Source: Leptospirillia bacterium (GTDB lineage Bacteria > Nitrospirota > JACRHL01). Taken from it: DNA of 64,000 nt. Location of the stretch: contig JBHHVE010000010.1 in the NCBI GenBank assembly GCA_046754085.1, positions 20,863 through 84,862 of the forward strand, given 5' to 3'. The first letter of the stretch is position 1, and every line of letters starts with the position of its first letter. A program made the translations under genes and the position numbers. Shown here piece after piece: positions 40,673 to 52,444 of this stretch. The notes below the pieces were generated by a model. The model was not told the origin of the DNA, did not search any database, and saw only the letters and a list, made by a program, of their open reading frames with translations.

Positions 40673-41887
40673 ATGGAAAACCTGACGGCCCTCGCAAATG
40701 GCGCGGACGTTCTGTTCCTCATGTTGGGCGCGGTGATGGTGCTGGCCATGCACGGGGGGTTTGCGTTCCTCGAAGTGGGCACTGTCCGCTACAAGAACCA
40801 GGTCAACGCCCTGGTGAAGATCATCTCGGACTGGTCGGTCTGCACCGTGGTTTATCTGGTGGTCGGCTATCAGGTGGCCTATGGCGTGGGGTTCTTTGCC
40901 CCGGCATCGGTGCTGGTGGGGGACAACCAGGGGTACGACCTGGTGAAGTTCTTTTTCCTGCTGGCGTTTGCCGCCGCCATTCCCGCCATCATCTCCGGCG
41001 GCATCGCCGAGCGTGCCCGTTTCTGGCCACAGGTGTGTGCTGCGGCGCTGACCGTGGCCATCGTCTACCCCTTGTTCGAGGGCATGGCCTGGAACGGCAA
41101 CCTGGGTTTTCAGGGGTGGCTGGAGGAGACCACGGGAAGCGGCTTCCACGACTTTGCCGGCTCCGTGGTGGTGCATGCGATGGGCGGCTGGATCGCCCTG
41201 GCGGCGGTGATCGTTCTGGGGCCGCGCATGGGGCGCTACGGCGCCGGCGGCGCTTCCCACGCCTTTCCGCCTTCCAACATCCCGTTTCTGGCCCTTGGTT
41301 CGTGGATGCTGATTGTCGGCTGGTTCGGCTTTAACGTCATGAGCGCCCAATCGGTCGAGGGCATCAGCGGGCTGGTGGCGATGAACTCCCTCATGGCCAT
41401 GGTGGGCGGCGTGCTGGCGGCGCTGGTGATGGGCAAGGCCGACCCCGGTTTTGTCCACAACGGCGCCCTGGCGGGACTGGTGGCCATCTGCGCCGGTTCC
41501 GATCTGGTGCATCCGCTGGGAGCGATTCTGATCGGTGCCATTGGCGGGGGGCTGTTCGTCTATATGTTCCACTTCACCCAGGAGAAGCTCCGCATCGACG
41601 ACGTGCTTGGGGTCTGGCCGCTGCATGGCCTGGCCGGAGCGTGGGGCGGAATCGCCTGTGGTATTTTCGGGCTCGAGTCGCTCGGCGGGCTGGGCGGCGT
41701 GAACCTGATGGCTCAGTTGATCGGCACCGTGGTCGGTATCGGCATCGCACTGGTGGGCGGCTTTGTGATCTACAAGCTGCTGGCCGCCGTGGTGGGAATC
41801 CGCCTCTCCGAAGAGGATGAGTACCGTGGCGCCGACCTTTCGATTCACAACATCGGCGCCAATCCGGAAACCACCCAGGGACCGTAG
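40673..41887 (+). CDS. amt: Ammonium transporter (Amt family)
   Basis: Track ORF 40394..41887 trimmed to MENLTALANGADVLFLMLGAVMVLAMHGGFAFLEVG… at 40673. 11-TM Amt/MEP signature. The antisense track ORF 40670..41923 is a shadow. Confidence 0.9.
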   Translation: MENLTALANGADVLFLMLGAVMVLAMHGGFAFLEVGTVRYKNQVNALVKIISDWSVCTVVYLVVGYQVAYGVGFFAPASVLVGDNQGYDLVKFFFLLAFAAAIPAIISGGIAERARFWPQVCAAALTVAIVYPLFEGMAWNGNLGFQGWLEETTGSGFHDFAGSVVVHAMGGWIALAAVIVLGPRMGRYGAGGASHAFPPSNIPFLALGSWMLIVGWFGFNVMSAQSVEGISGLVAMNSLMAMVGGVLAALVMGKADPGFVHNGALAGLVAICAGSDLVHPLGAILIGAIGGGLFVYMFHFTQEKLRIDDVLGVWPLHGLAGAWGGIACGIFGLESLGGLGGVNLMAQLIGTVVGIGIALVGGFVIYKLLAAVVGIRLSEEDEYRGADLSIHNIGANPETTQGP

Positions 41888-41938
41888 CGCGTTTGTCCCG
41901 TACCGGCCTGCCCGGGATAGCAAGAAGGGGTTATTTTA

Positions 41939-42277
41939 ATGAAACTGATTATCGCGATTATCAAGCCGTTCAAGCTGGATGACGTCAAGGCCGCCCTGAG
42001 CGAGTTGGGGGTCAGCGGCATGACCGTCAGCGAGGTGAAGGGACACGGTCGACAGAAGGGCCACAAGGAGATGTACCGTGGCGCCGAGTATTTTGTCGAT
42101 TTCGTCGCCAAGGTGCAGATCATGACGGCGGTGACGGATGAAATGGCCGGACAGGCGGTGGACGCCATCCGTAACAGCGCCGGTACCGGGAGCATCGGCG
42201 ACGGCAAGATTTTTACCCTCGATCTGACTGACGTGACTCGTATTCGCACTGGTGAAGTCGGGGACGAAGCGCTTTAG
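41939..42277 (+). CDS. glnK: Nitrogen regulatory protein P-II
   Basis: MKLIIAIIKPFKLDDVKAAL…RGAEY (T-loop Tyr). 112 aa, adjacent to amt. Confidence 0.95.
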   Translation: MKLIIAIIKPFKLDDVKAALSELGVSGMTVSEVKGHGRQKGHKEMYRGAEYFVDFVAKVQIMTAVTDEMAGQAVDAIRNSAGTGSIGDGKIFTLDLTDVTRIRTGEVGDEAL

Positions 42278-42283
42278 CCGGCC

Positions 42284-43381
42284 ATGCTCGAACAGATTGA
42301 ACAGCTGATGCGGACCCTGGAGGCGGGGGGGGCCGAGGCCTGGATGGCGCAGGCGTTTCTGGTGGTGTTCGCCTCGCTGGTGGTGGACTTTATTCAGAAG
42401 CGTGTGGTGCAGCGGATTCACGTTCGTCTGTCCACCACCGACAACCCGTGGGACGACGCCTTGGTGGAGGCGATGGCGAAGCCGCTGTCGCTCCTGATCT
42501 GGGTGGTGGGTATCTCGTTTGCCGCCGACATCGTGAGGCACGCTTCGGACGCCCCCATTTTTGCCGCTGTCGGGCCGGTGCGCGATGTGGGTGTGATCGT
42601 CGCCCTCACCTGGTTTCTGGTGCGGGCGGTCGGCGGCGTTCAGCGCAACGTGATACTGCGGGGTGAGCAGAAAGGCAAACCGGTCGACCTCACCTCGGTG
42701 GAAGCCATCGGCCGCCTGGTCCGGCTGTCGATTCTGATTACCTCGGTGCTGGTTGCCCTGCAGACCCTGGGTTACTCCGTCAGTGGGGTGCTTGCCTTTG
42801 GCGGCATCGGCGGTATCGCCGTGGGCTTCGCCGCCAAGGATCTGCTCGCCAATTTCTTCGGGGGTTTGATGCTCTACCTGGACCGCCCTTTTTCCGTGGG
42901 CGACTGGGTGCGTTCACCGGACCGGCAGATTGAGGGCACGGTGGAGGAGATCGGCTGGCGGTTGACCCGCATCCGTACCTTCGACAAGCGGCCGCTCTAC
43001 ATTCCCAACGCCACGTTTGCCTCCATCAGCGTGGAGAACCCCTCCCGCATGACCCACCGGCGCATTTACGAAACCGTCGGCATCCGCTATGACGACTGGA
43101 AGAAAATGGACGTCATTACCGCCGACGTGAAGGCCATGCTGCAGGAGCATCCGGAGATCGATACCAGCCAGACCCTGATGGTCAACTTCAACGCGTTTGC
43201 AACGTCCTCGGTGGACTTTTTCATATACACCTTCACCCGCACCACGGTGTGGACGGAGTATCACGCGGTGAAGCAGGACGTGCTGCTCAGAATTCACAAA
43301 ATCATCGAAGATCACGGCGCCGAGGTGGCGTTCCCCACTCATACCGTGCATTTGCCGGATCAGGTGCAGGCGGCCACCTAG
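42284..43381 (+). CDS. Mechanosensitive ion channel (MscS family)
   Basis: 365 aa. TM helices then the MscS pore/beta domain signature …DLLANFFGGLMLYLDRPFSVGDWV…. Confidence 0.85.
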   Translation: MLEQIEQLMRTLEAGGAEAWMAQAFLVVFASLVVDFIQKRVVQRIHVRLSTTDNPWDDALVEAMAKPLSLLIWVVGISFAADIVRHASDAPIFAAVGPVRDVGVIVALTWFLVRAVGGVQRNVILRGEQKGKPVDLTSVEAIGRLVRLSILITSVLVALQTLGYSVSGVLAFGGIGGIAVGFAAKDLLANFFGGLMLYLDRPFSVGDWVRSPDRQIEGTVEEIGWRLTRIRTFDKRPLYIPNATFASISVENPSRMTHRRIYETVGIRYDDWKKMDVITADVKAMLQEHPEIDTSQTLMVNFNAFATSSVDFFIYTFTRTTVWTEYHAVKQDVLLRIHKIIEDHGAEVAFPTHTVHLPDQVQAAT

Positions 43382-43524
43382 GCGGCGGATCCGGGCGATT
43401 CAATTAAAGGGGATATCGGCGCGGTAAGACCGCCGATGCCGCGGGCGCGCGGGGTTATCGTCCCCCTCCCTCCCCTACAACGCGCCGGGTTTTACCGAAG
43501 CGGATCGCGTCCGCCGTTTCAGGA

Positions 43525-44934
43525 TCAGTCGATTTTGAAGGTGGGGCGGGCGGGAATGCCGAGCTGATCCATCTTGTATTTGAGGATACGGCGGGTGATG
43601 CCCAGCATGTTGGCGGCGCGGGTCTGCACGTAACCGGTCTCGGCCAGTGCCCGCAGGATGATCTCTTTTTCGAAATCGGCCACCGCGGTGTCGAACGTCA
43701 TGTTGCCGCCAAGCACCTGATCGCTGGGCCGTGGCGCAGACGACTGCTTGCGGATGTGGGCCGGCAGGTGGTCGACGCTGATCACATCGCCCTGTACCAG
43801 AATCATCATTTGTTCGACCACGTTTTCCATCTCGCGGATATTGCCCGGCCACTGATAGGCGGAAAGCAGGTCCGCGGCCTCCTGGGAAAGCCGTTTGGGG
43901 TTCTGCCCGGGGGGTACCTTGGTGGCGAGAAAGTGCTCGGTGATTGGCAGGATATCCTCCGGCCGTTCCCTTAGGGGCGGAAGTTCGATGGGGAACACGT
44001 TGAGCCGGTAGTAGAGGTCCTCGCGGAAGGTGCCTTCGCGGATCGCGGTCTCCAGTTCCTTGTTGGTGGCGGCGATGAGCCGGACGTCCACCTGAACCGG
44101 GCGGGAGCCGCCGACCCGGATGAATTCGCGCTCCTGCAGTACCCGCAGGATCTTGGCCTGGGTGGCCAGGGACAGGTCGCCCAACTCGTCCAGAAACAGG
44201 GTGCCCGAATCGGCCAGTTCGAAGTGTCCGACCCGCTTGCCGATGGCGGAGGTGAACGCGCCTTTTTCGTGACCGAACAGTTCGGCCTCGATCAGGTTGT
44301 CGGGAATGGCCGCGCAGTTGATCGCGATAAACGGTTTGTCGGCGCGCCCGCTGTGAACGTGCAGGGCGCGGGCCACCAACTCCTTGCCGGTGCCGGATTC
44401 GCCAGTGATGAGCACGGTGCTCGGGGTGTCCGCCACCTGCTGAATGCGCTGAAACACCTCCAGCATGGCGGGGGACTCACCCACCATGGTGCAGTTGTTA
44501 CGCTTCTTGTTTTCGTTGGAGCGGTGGTACAACACCTCGTTATAGAGGGTCTGGGCGGACAGGGTGCGGTCGATGACATGCCGGAGTTCGGTGACCTCAA
44601 ACGGCTTGGCCAGGTAGTCGGCGGCCCCCAGTTTCATGGCCTCCACCGCAGTCTGGTAACTGGTGGTGGCGGTCAGGACCACCACCGGAACATGATTGTC
44701 GTTGCCGCGAATCTCGGAGAGCACTTCCATGCCGTCCCTGCCCGGCATCATCAGGTCAAGCAGGACCATGCTGGGCTGGTTGCTGGCAATCTGACTCAGT
44801 GCCGAGTCGCCGGAGTCGGCCGAAACCACATCGTAGGCGTCGGACAGCACGTCAGTGAGCACCTCGCGCACACTGGCTTCGTCGTCGACGATCAGGATGG
44901 TCTTTTTTGCGGTCGTAAGAGTGGGGTGCTCCAT
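43525..44934 (-). CDS. Sigma-54-dependent response regulator (NtrC family: REC-AAA+-HTH)
   Basis: Canonical receiver (ILIVDDE…[11 protein letters not shown]). AAA+ sigma-54 interaction domain (GESGTGKE…GAFTSA…ESGTLFLDE…) and C-terminal Fis-type HTH. No adjacent histidine kinase. Confidence 0.9.
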   Translation of the reverse strand: MEHPTLTTAKKTILIVDDEASVREVLTDVLSDAYDVVSADSGDSALSQIASNQPSMVLLDLMMPGRDGMEVLSEIRGNDNHVPVVVLTATTSYQTAVEAMKLGAADYLAKPFEVTELRHVIDRTLSAQTLYNEVLYHRSNENKKRNNCTMVGESPAMLEVFQRIQQVADTPSTVLITGESGTGKELVARALHVHSGRADKPFIAINCAAIPDNLIEAELFGHEKGAFTSAIGKRVGHFELADSGTLFLDELGDLSLATQAKILRVLQEREFIRVGGSRPVQVDVRLIAATNKELETAIREGTFREDLYYRLNVFPIELPPLRERPEDILPITEHFLATKVPPGQNPKRLSQEAADLLSAYQWPGNIREMENVVEQMMILVQGDVISVDHLPAHIRKQSSAPRPSDQVLGGNMTFDTAVADFEKEIILRALAETGYVQTRAANMLGITRRILKYKMDQLGIPARPTFKID

Positions 44935-45061
44935 GGGGTCGCTCAGGGGGGAGCCTCTCTATATTGATCCAGGTCTCGGGGGGAAGACCCTGGAAGGGTT
45001 GCCGTTCCCCAGTCTTTTCGGAGGTGGTGGGCCAAAAGTTAAGGGGTGGAATGGAACAAAT

Positions 45062-45114
45062 GCCCAAAAAATAAACAAGGCCCGTTTCACCGGAAAAGGG
45101 GGCGAAACGGGCCT
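45062..45114 (-). terminator. Rho-independent terminator downstream of the degenerate-receiver activator
   Basis: 11-bp perfect stem AGGCCCGTTTC…GAAACGGGCCT (45078-45088 / 45104-45114). On the minus strand it is followed by the U-rich tract UUGUUUAUUUUUUGGG. Confidence 0.7.
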
Positions 45115-45145
45115 TATCATGCTGGTCTTTTAAAGAATTACCGGA

Positions 45146-46714
45146 TCAGTCGGTGTTCAGCCCGTAATCCCGGATTTTGTAGAGCAGCGCCTTGTAGCTG
45201 ATGTCGAGGATCTGGGCGGCCTTGCGGCGGTTCCAGCGGGTGACGTTGAGCACCCGCAGGATGGCCTCGCGCTCGGCAAGGCTCGCGGCGTGCTTGCCGA
45301 TTTCCTTGAGCGGCAGGTGGCCTTCGGCGATGCCGCGTTCTATGGAGGCGACCAGTTCCGCCGACGGCTCCGCGGTCAGGGGAGGGGCAACCTCCGGAGA
45401 CGGTGCCACCGGGTGTTCGACCGGGGGCGGCGGCGTCACCTGGGAAGGCGGCGGCATATCCACCGGCATGCCGGGCGTGCCCGGCTCCGCCACCGGGATG
45501 GCCGTCGGCGGGCCCATGGTGCCACCGAACTGCTCGAACTTTTGCAATACCGCACGCTCGTCGCCGAGCACCACGATCTGCTTGATCATGTTTTCCAGCT
45601 CGCGGATATTGCCCGGCCACGGGTAGGACATGAAGTAGTCCATGGTGGCCTGGGACAGGCCCGGGAATTCCCGTTCGTATTGCATGCTGAATTTTTTCAC
45701 GAAGTGGTCGCAGAGGAACGGAACCTCCTCCAGGCGATCCCGCAGGGGCGGGATGGTGATGGTGACCACATTCAGGCGGTAGAACAGATCCTCGCGGAAC
45801 GTTCCCTGCTTGACCATCTCTTCCAGGGAACGGTTGGTGGCGGCGATGATACGGGTGTCCACCCGTACGTCCTGTTCGCCACCCAGGCGGACGAATTCAC
45901 CGTCCTGCAACACCTGCAACAGCTTGGACTGAAGGGTGATGGGCACCTCGCCGATCTCGTCGAGGAAAATGGTGCCGTTGTGGGCGATCTCGAATTTTCC
46001 CGGCTTGCGCTTGTGGGCGCCGGTGAAGGCGCCGCGCTCGTAACCGAACAGCTCGCTTTCGAGCAACCCTTCCGGCAGTGCCGCGCACAGCACCTTGACG
46101 AAGGGTTTTTCGCTTCTGAGGGAGCGTTGGTACAGGGTGCGCGCGATCAGTTCCTTACCGGTTCCGGATTCGCCGCGCACCAGCACGGTAATGTTGGTGG
46201 CCGCCACCTGCTCGACCATGTTCATGACGTCGCGCATGCCGGAGCTGTGGCACAGTAGGTCGCCATAGTCACCCAGTTCCGCCACCGTGCCCACGTCGCT
46301 TCCATCGGTGCTCACGCGGGAGGTGACGGGTGGTGCGCTGCGCACCGGGGTGGTGATCCGGCCTAGGACCTCCTTGAGGTCGTCCGGTACAATGGGCAGC
46401 GTGACCGTTGCGGTAGTTCGTCCGGCCAACTCCGGCGCCTCCCCCGGCGAGTTGGAGAGGAAGATCACCGGGATCTCCTGGGCCGCGCTTTGCATCTGGT
46501 CGATGATGTTGTAGCCCGCCCCCTCCTGGGGTTCAAGGTTCAGCAGGAGGACGTCCGGGTGTTGGTGCTCAATCTGGTTGAGGGCGTCGGTCACACCATC
46601 GGCCGTCAGCATTTCAAGACCCATCTCCACGACGATGGGCTTGATTTGCATCAGGCTGGAAGAGGCGATATCGAGCGTCAGGACCTTCACGTGGTCGGCA
46701 GTGTCCCTAACCAT
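45146..46714 (-). CDS. Sigma-54-dependent transcriptional activator with degenerate (Asn-for-Asp) receiver-like N-domain and Pro-rich linker
   Basis: Trimmed to Met at 46714. N-domain KVLTLDIASS…DVLLLNLEP has Asn where the phospho-acceptor Asp is expected. AAA+ motifs GESGTGKE…GAFTGA…NGTIFLDE. ~55-aa Pro-rich low-complexity linker before the Fis-type HTH. Confidence 0.85.
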   Translation of the reverse strand: MVRDTADHVKVLTLDIASSSLMQIKPIVVEMGLEMLTADGVTDALNQIEHQHPDVLLLNLEPQEGAGYNIIDQMQSAAQEIPVIFLSNSPGEAPELAGRTTATVTLPIVPDDLKEVLGRITTPVRSAPPVTSRVSTDGSDVGTVAELGDYGDLLCHSSGMRDVMNMVEQVAATNITVLVRGESGTGKELIARTLYQRSLRSEKPFVKVLCAALPEGLLESELFGYERGAFTGAHKRKPGKFEIAHNGTIFLDEIGEVPITLQSKLLQVLQDGEFVRLGGEQDVRVDTRIIAATNRSLEEMVKQGTFREDLFYRLNVVTITIPPLRDRLEEVPFLCDHFVKKFSMQYEREFPGLSQATMDYFMSYPWPGNIRELENMIKQIVVLGDERAVLQKFEQFGGTMGPPTAIPVAEPGTPGMPVDMPPPSQVTPPPPVEHPVAPSPEVAPPLTAEPSAELVASIERGIAEGHLPLKEIGKHAASLAEREAILRVLNVTRWNRRKAAQILDISYKALLYKIRDYGLNTD

Positions 46715-46874
46715 GGATTCCCGTTTCAAAAAAATGACACGGTCTGAATTTCCCGGGGGTTTATGCAACGGAATCCTTCCGCCGCCACCGGGATACGACA
46801 GTTCTCGTATCGGCAGGTCATAGGGAACCTTAAGACCAATTGTATAACTTTTTTTTCCCAACTCCCTCTGTTTT

Positions 46875-46895
46875 TGTGGGTAACTCTGTGGATAA
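46875..46895 (+). promoter_or_regulatory. Two tandem DnaA-box-like 9-mers (TGTGGGTAA, TGTGGATAA) in the ligA / sigma-54-activator divergent intergenic region
   Basis: TGTGGATAA is the perfect complement of the DnaA box consensus TTATCCACA. TGTGGGTAA has one mismatch. Same orientation, 3 bp apart. Flanked by an AT-rich tract (ttgtataacttttttttcc) unusual for this GC-rich sequence. Confidence 0.45.
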
Positions 46896-50623
<3,728 letters not shown>

Positions 50624-50652
50624 ATGAAACGGCAGGGCTTGAACGCTTCCCG

Positions 50653-51528
50653 GTGATGATTCAACCCGTTCTCTCATTTTCAGCGGAACATGGAAAACTG
50701 CGGCTCATCTCTTTGACCGTGGCCGCCATGGTGGCGTTTGCAGCGAATTCGGTGCTGTGCCGGCTGGCGCTTAAGACTGCCGCGATCAGTCCGGCCGGTT
50801 TCACAATCATTCGCCTTGTTGCGGGCGCTGTCGTGCTGTGGGCCATCCTGGCTCTGCGCCGTCGGAATCATGTCTCCGGTGGAAGTTGGGCAGGGGCGGT
50901 CTCCTTGTTTGTCTACGCTGCGGCCTTCTCTTTTGCCTATGTAAGCCTGCCTGCCGGAACCGGGGCGCTGCTCCTGTTTGGCGCGGTTCAGGTCACGATG
51001 ATCGCATGGGGATTCCGGTTCGGGGAGCGAATGAGCCCGCTCCAGTCGGTGGGGTTTGCGCTGGCACTGAGCGGGATTGTATTGCTGATGTTGCCGGGCC
51101 TGTCTGCCCCACCTCTGGCCGGAGCGGCGCTTATGATCGTGGCTGGCGTGGCCTGGGGTGTCTATTCACTGTTGGGAAGGCGGGAAGATAATCCGCTGGC
51201 GGCAACCAGCGCCAATTTTATGCGTACAGTGGCCCTGGCGTTCGGCTTGGCATTGCTGGGGTGGGAGGGTCTGAAATGGGACGGAATAGGAGTGGTTTAC
51301 GCAGTCCTTTCCGGCGGTGTCGCTTCGGGGGTGGGATATGCAATATGGTACGCGGCGCTGCGCGGGTTGTCGGCCACCCAGGCAGCCACGGTGCAACTTT
51401 CGGTGCCCGTGATTGCCGCATTGGGCGGGGTGTGGTTCCTGACTGAACCCATCACCTGGCGTCTTGCCGTTTCAGCCACCCTCACACTGGGCGGCATCGC
51501 CCTGGTGTTGCGAAAAAAGGGTTCGTAG
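50653..51528 (+). CDS. DMT-superfamily transporter (EamA-like)
   Basis: 291 aa, ten predicted TM helices in two EamA-like repeats. Confidence 0.75.
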   Translation: MMIQPVLSFSAEHGKLRLISLTVAAMVAFAANSVLCRLALKTAAISPAGFTIIRLVAGAVVLWAILALRRRNHVSGGSWAGAVSLFVYAAAFSFAYVSLPAGTGALLLFGAVQVTMIAWGFRFGERMSPLQSVGFALALSGIVLLMLPGLSAPPLAGAALMIVAGVAWGVYSLLGRREDNPLAATSANFMRTVALAFGLALLGWEGLKWDGIGVVYAVLSGGVASGVGYAIWYAALRGLSATQAATVQLSVPVIAALGGVWFLTEPITWRLAVSATLTLGGIALVLRKKGS

Positions 51529-51612
51529 GTCGGGGGTAAGCGGAAACCGACGAAGCCCAACGGGCTTGCGCTCCACCCCCTTCAATTCGGTCCCGCCCAC
51601 GCCGCGGGTGGT

Positions 51613-52443
51613 TTATGCCGGAAAGATATCCATCGACAGTTCCGCCGCCGGGGCCGAGTGGGTCAGCCGCCCGACGGAGATGATGTCCACGCCGGTTTCG
51701 GCGATGGGCCGCACGCTGTCGAGGTTGACGCCGCCGGAGGCTTCCACCAGCGCGCGCCCGGCGATCAGGGCGACCGCCTTTTTCATCCCGGGAAGGTCAA
51801 AATTATCCAGCATGATGATGTCGGCGGACAGGGCCAGCGCCTGCTCCACCTCGGCCAGGTTGCTGGTTTCCACCTCGATTTTTTTACCCTCCCCGGCAAG
51901 CGCCCGCGCCCGGGCGACGGCGTTCTCCATGGAGCCCGCCAGCTCGATGTGGTTGTCCTTGATCAGCACGGCGTCGAAGAGGCCCATGCGGTGGTTTTTT
52001 CCGCCGCCCATGCGGACCGCGTATTTCTCCAGCTCGCGCAGGTGCGGAGTGGTCTTGCGGGTGTCGGCGATCGCGCAACCGGTGCCTTCCACCCGGGCCA
52101 CGTAACGACGGGTGAGGGTGGCGATGCCGGTGAGCCGCTGGATGAAGTTGAGCGCCACCCGCTCGGCGGCCAGCAGCGCGGCGCCGGTGCCCGCGACGGT
52201 AAACAGGACGCCGCCGTCGGCAACGGCGTCGCCGTCGGCAACGGCGGTCTCGAACACCACCTTGGGGTCCACCTGATGGAACACCTCGCGGGCCACCTCG
52301 AGACCCGCCACCACCACGTCCTCTTCGGCCACCACCCGGCCGGTGGCGGCAAGGTCGGTGAAGCCGCCACCGGTGATGTCGCCGCTGCCGATATCCTCGG
52401 CCAGGGCCTGGGCGACGGTCGATCTGACCAGGTCCGGGTTCAC
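51613..52443 (-). CDS. nadC: Nicotinate-nucleotide pyrophosphorylase (quinolinate phosphoribosyltransferase)
   Basis: …LLAAERVALNFIQRLTGIAT…DNHI…, the QPRTase family. Contains an in-frame 18-bp tandem duplication (DAVADG x2). Confidence 0.9.
   Translation of the reverse strand: MNPDLVRSTVAQALAEDIGSGDITGGGFTDLAATGRVVAEEDVVVAGLEVAREVFHQVDPKVVFETAVADGDAVADGGVLFTVAGTGAALLAAERVALNFIQRLTGIATLTRRYVARVEGTGCAIADTRKTTPHLRELEKYAVRMGGGKNHRMGLFDAVLIKDNHIELAGSMENAVARARALAGEGKKIEVETSNLAEVEQALALSADIIMLDNFDLPGMKKAVALIAGRALVEASGGVNLDSVRPIAETGVDIISVGRLTHSAPAAELSMDIFPA
52213..52248. repeat. 18-bp in-frame tandem repeat inside nadC (GCCGTCGGCAACGGCGTC / GCCGTCGGCAACGGCGGT)
   Basis: 17/18 identical copies; encodes DAVADG-DAVADG in NadC. 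Confidence 0.75.
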
Positions 52444-52444
52444 C

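Noticed and set aside
43382-43524. Intrinsic terminators between the convergent mscS and NtrC-type regulator genes
   Set aside because: Several short GC-rich hairpins (for example ATCGGCG-N9-CGCCGAT, GCGGA-N5-TCCGC) are present but none has a flanking U-tract. They are too weak to call individually.
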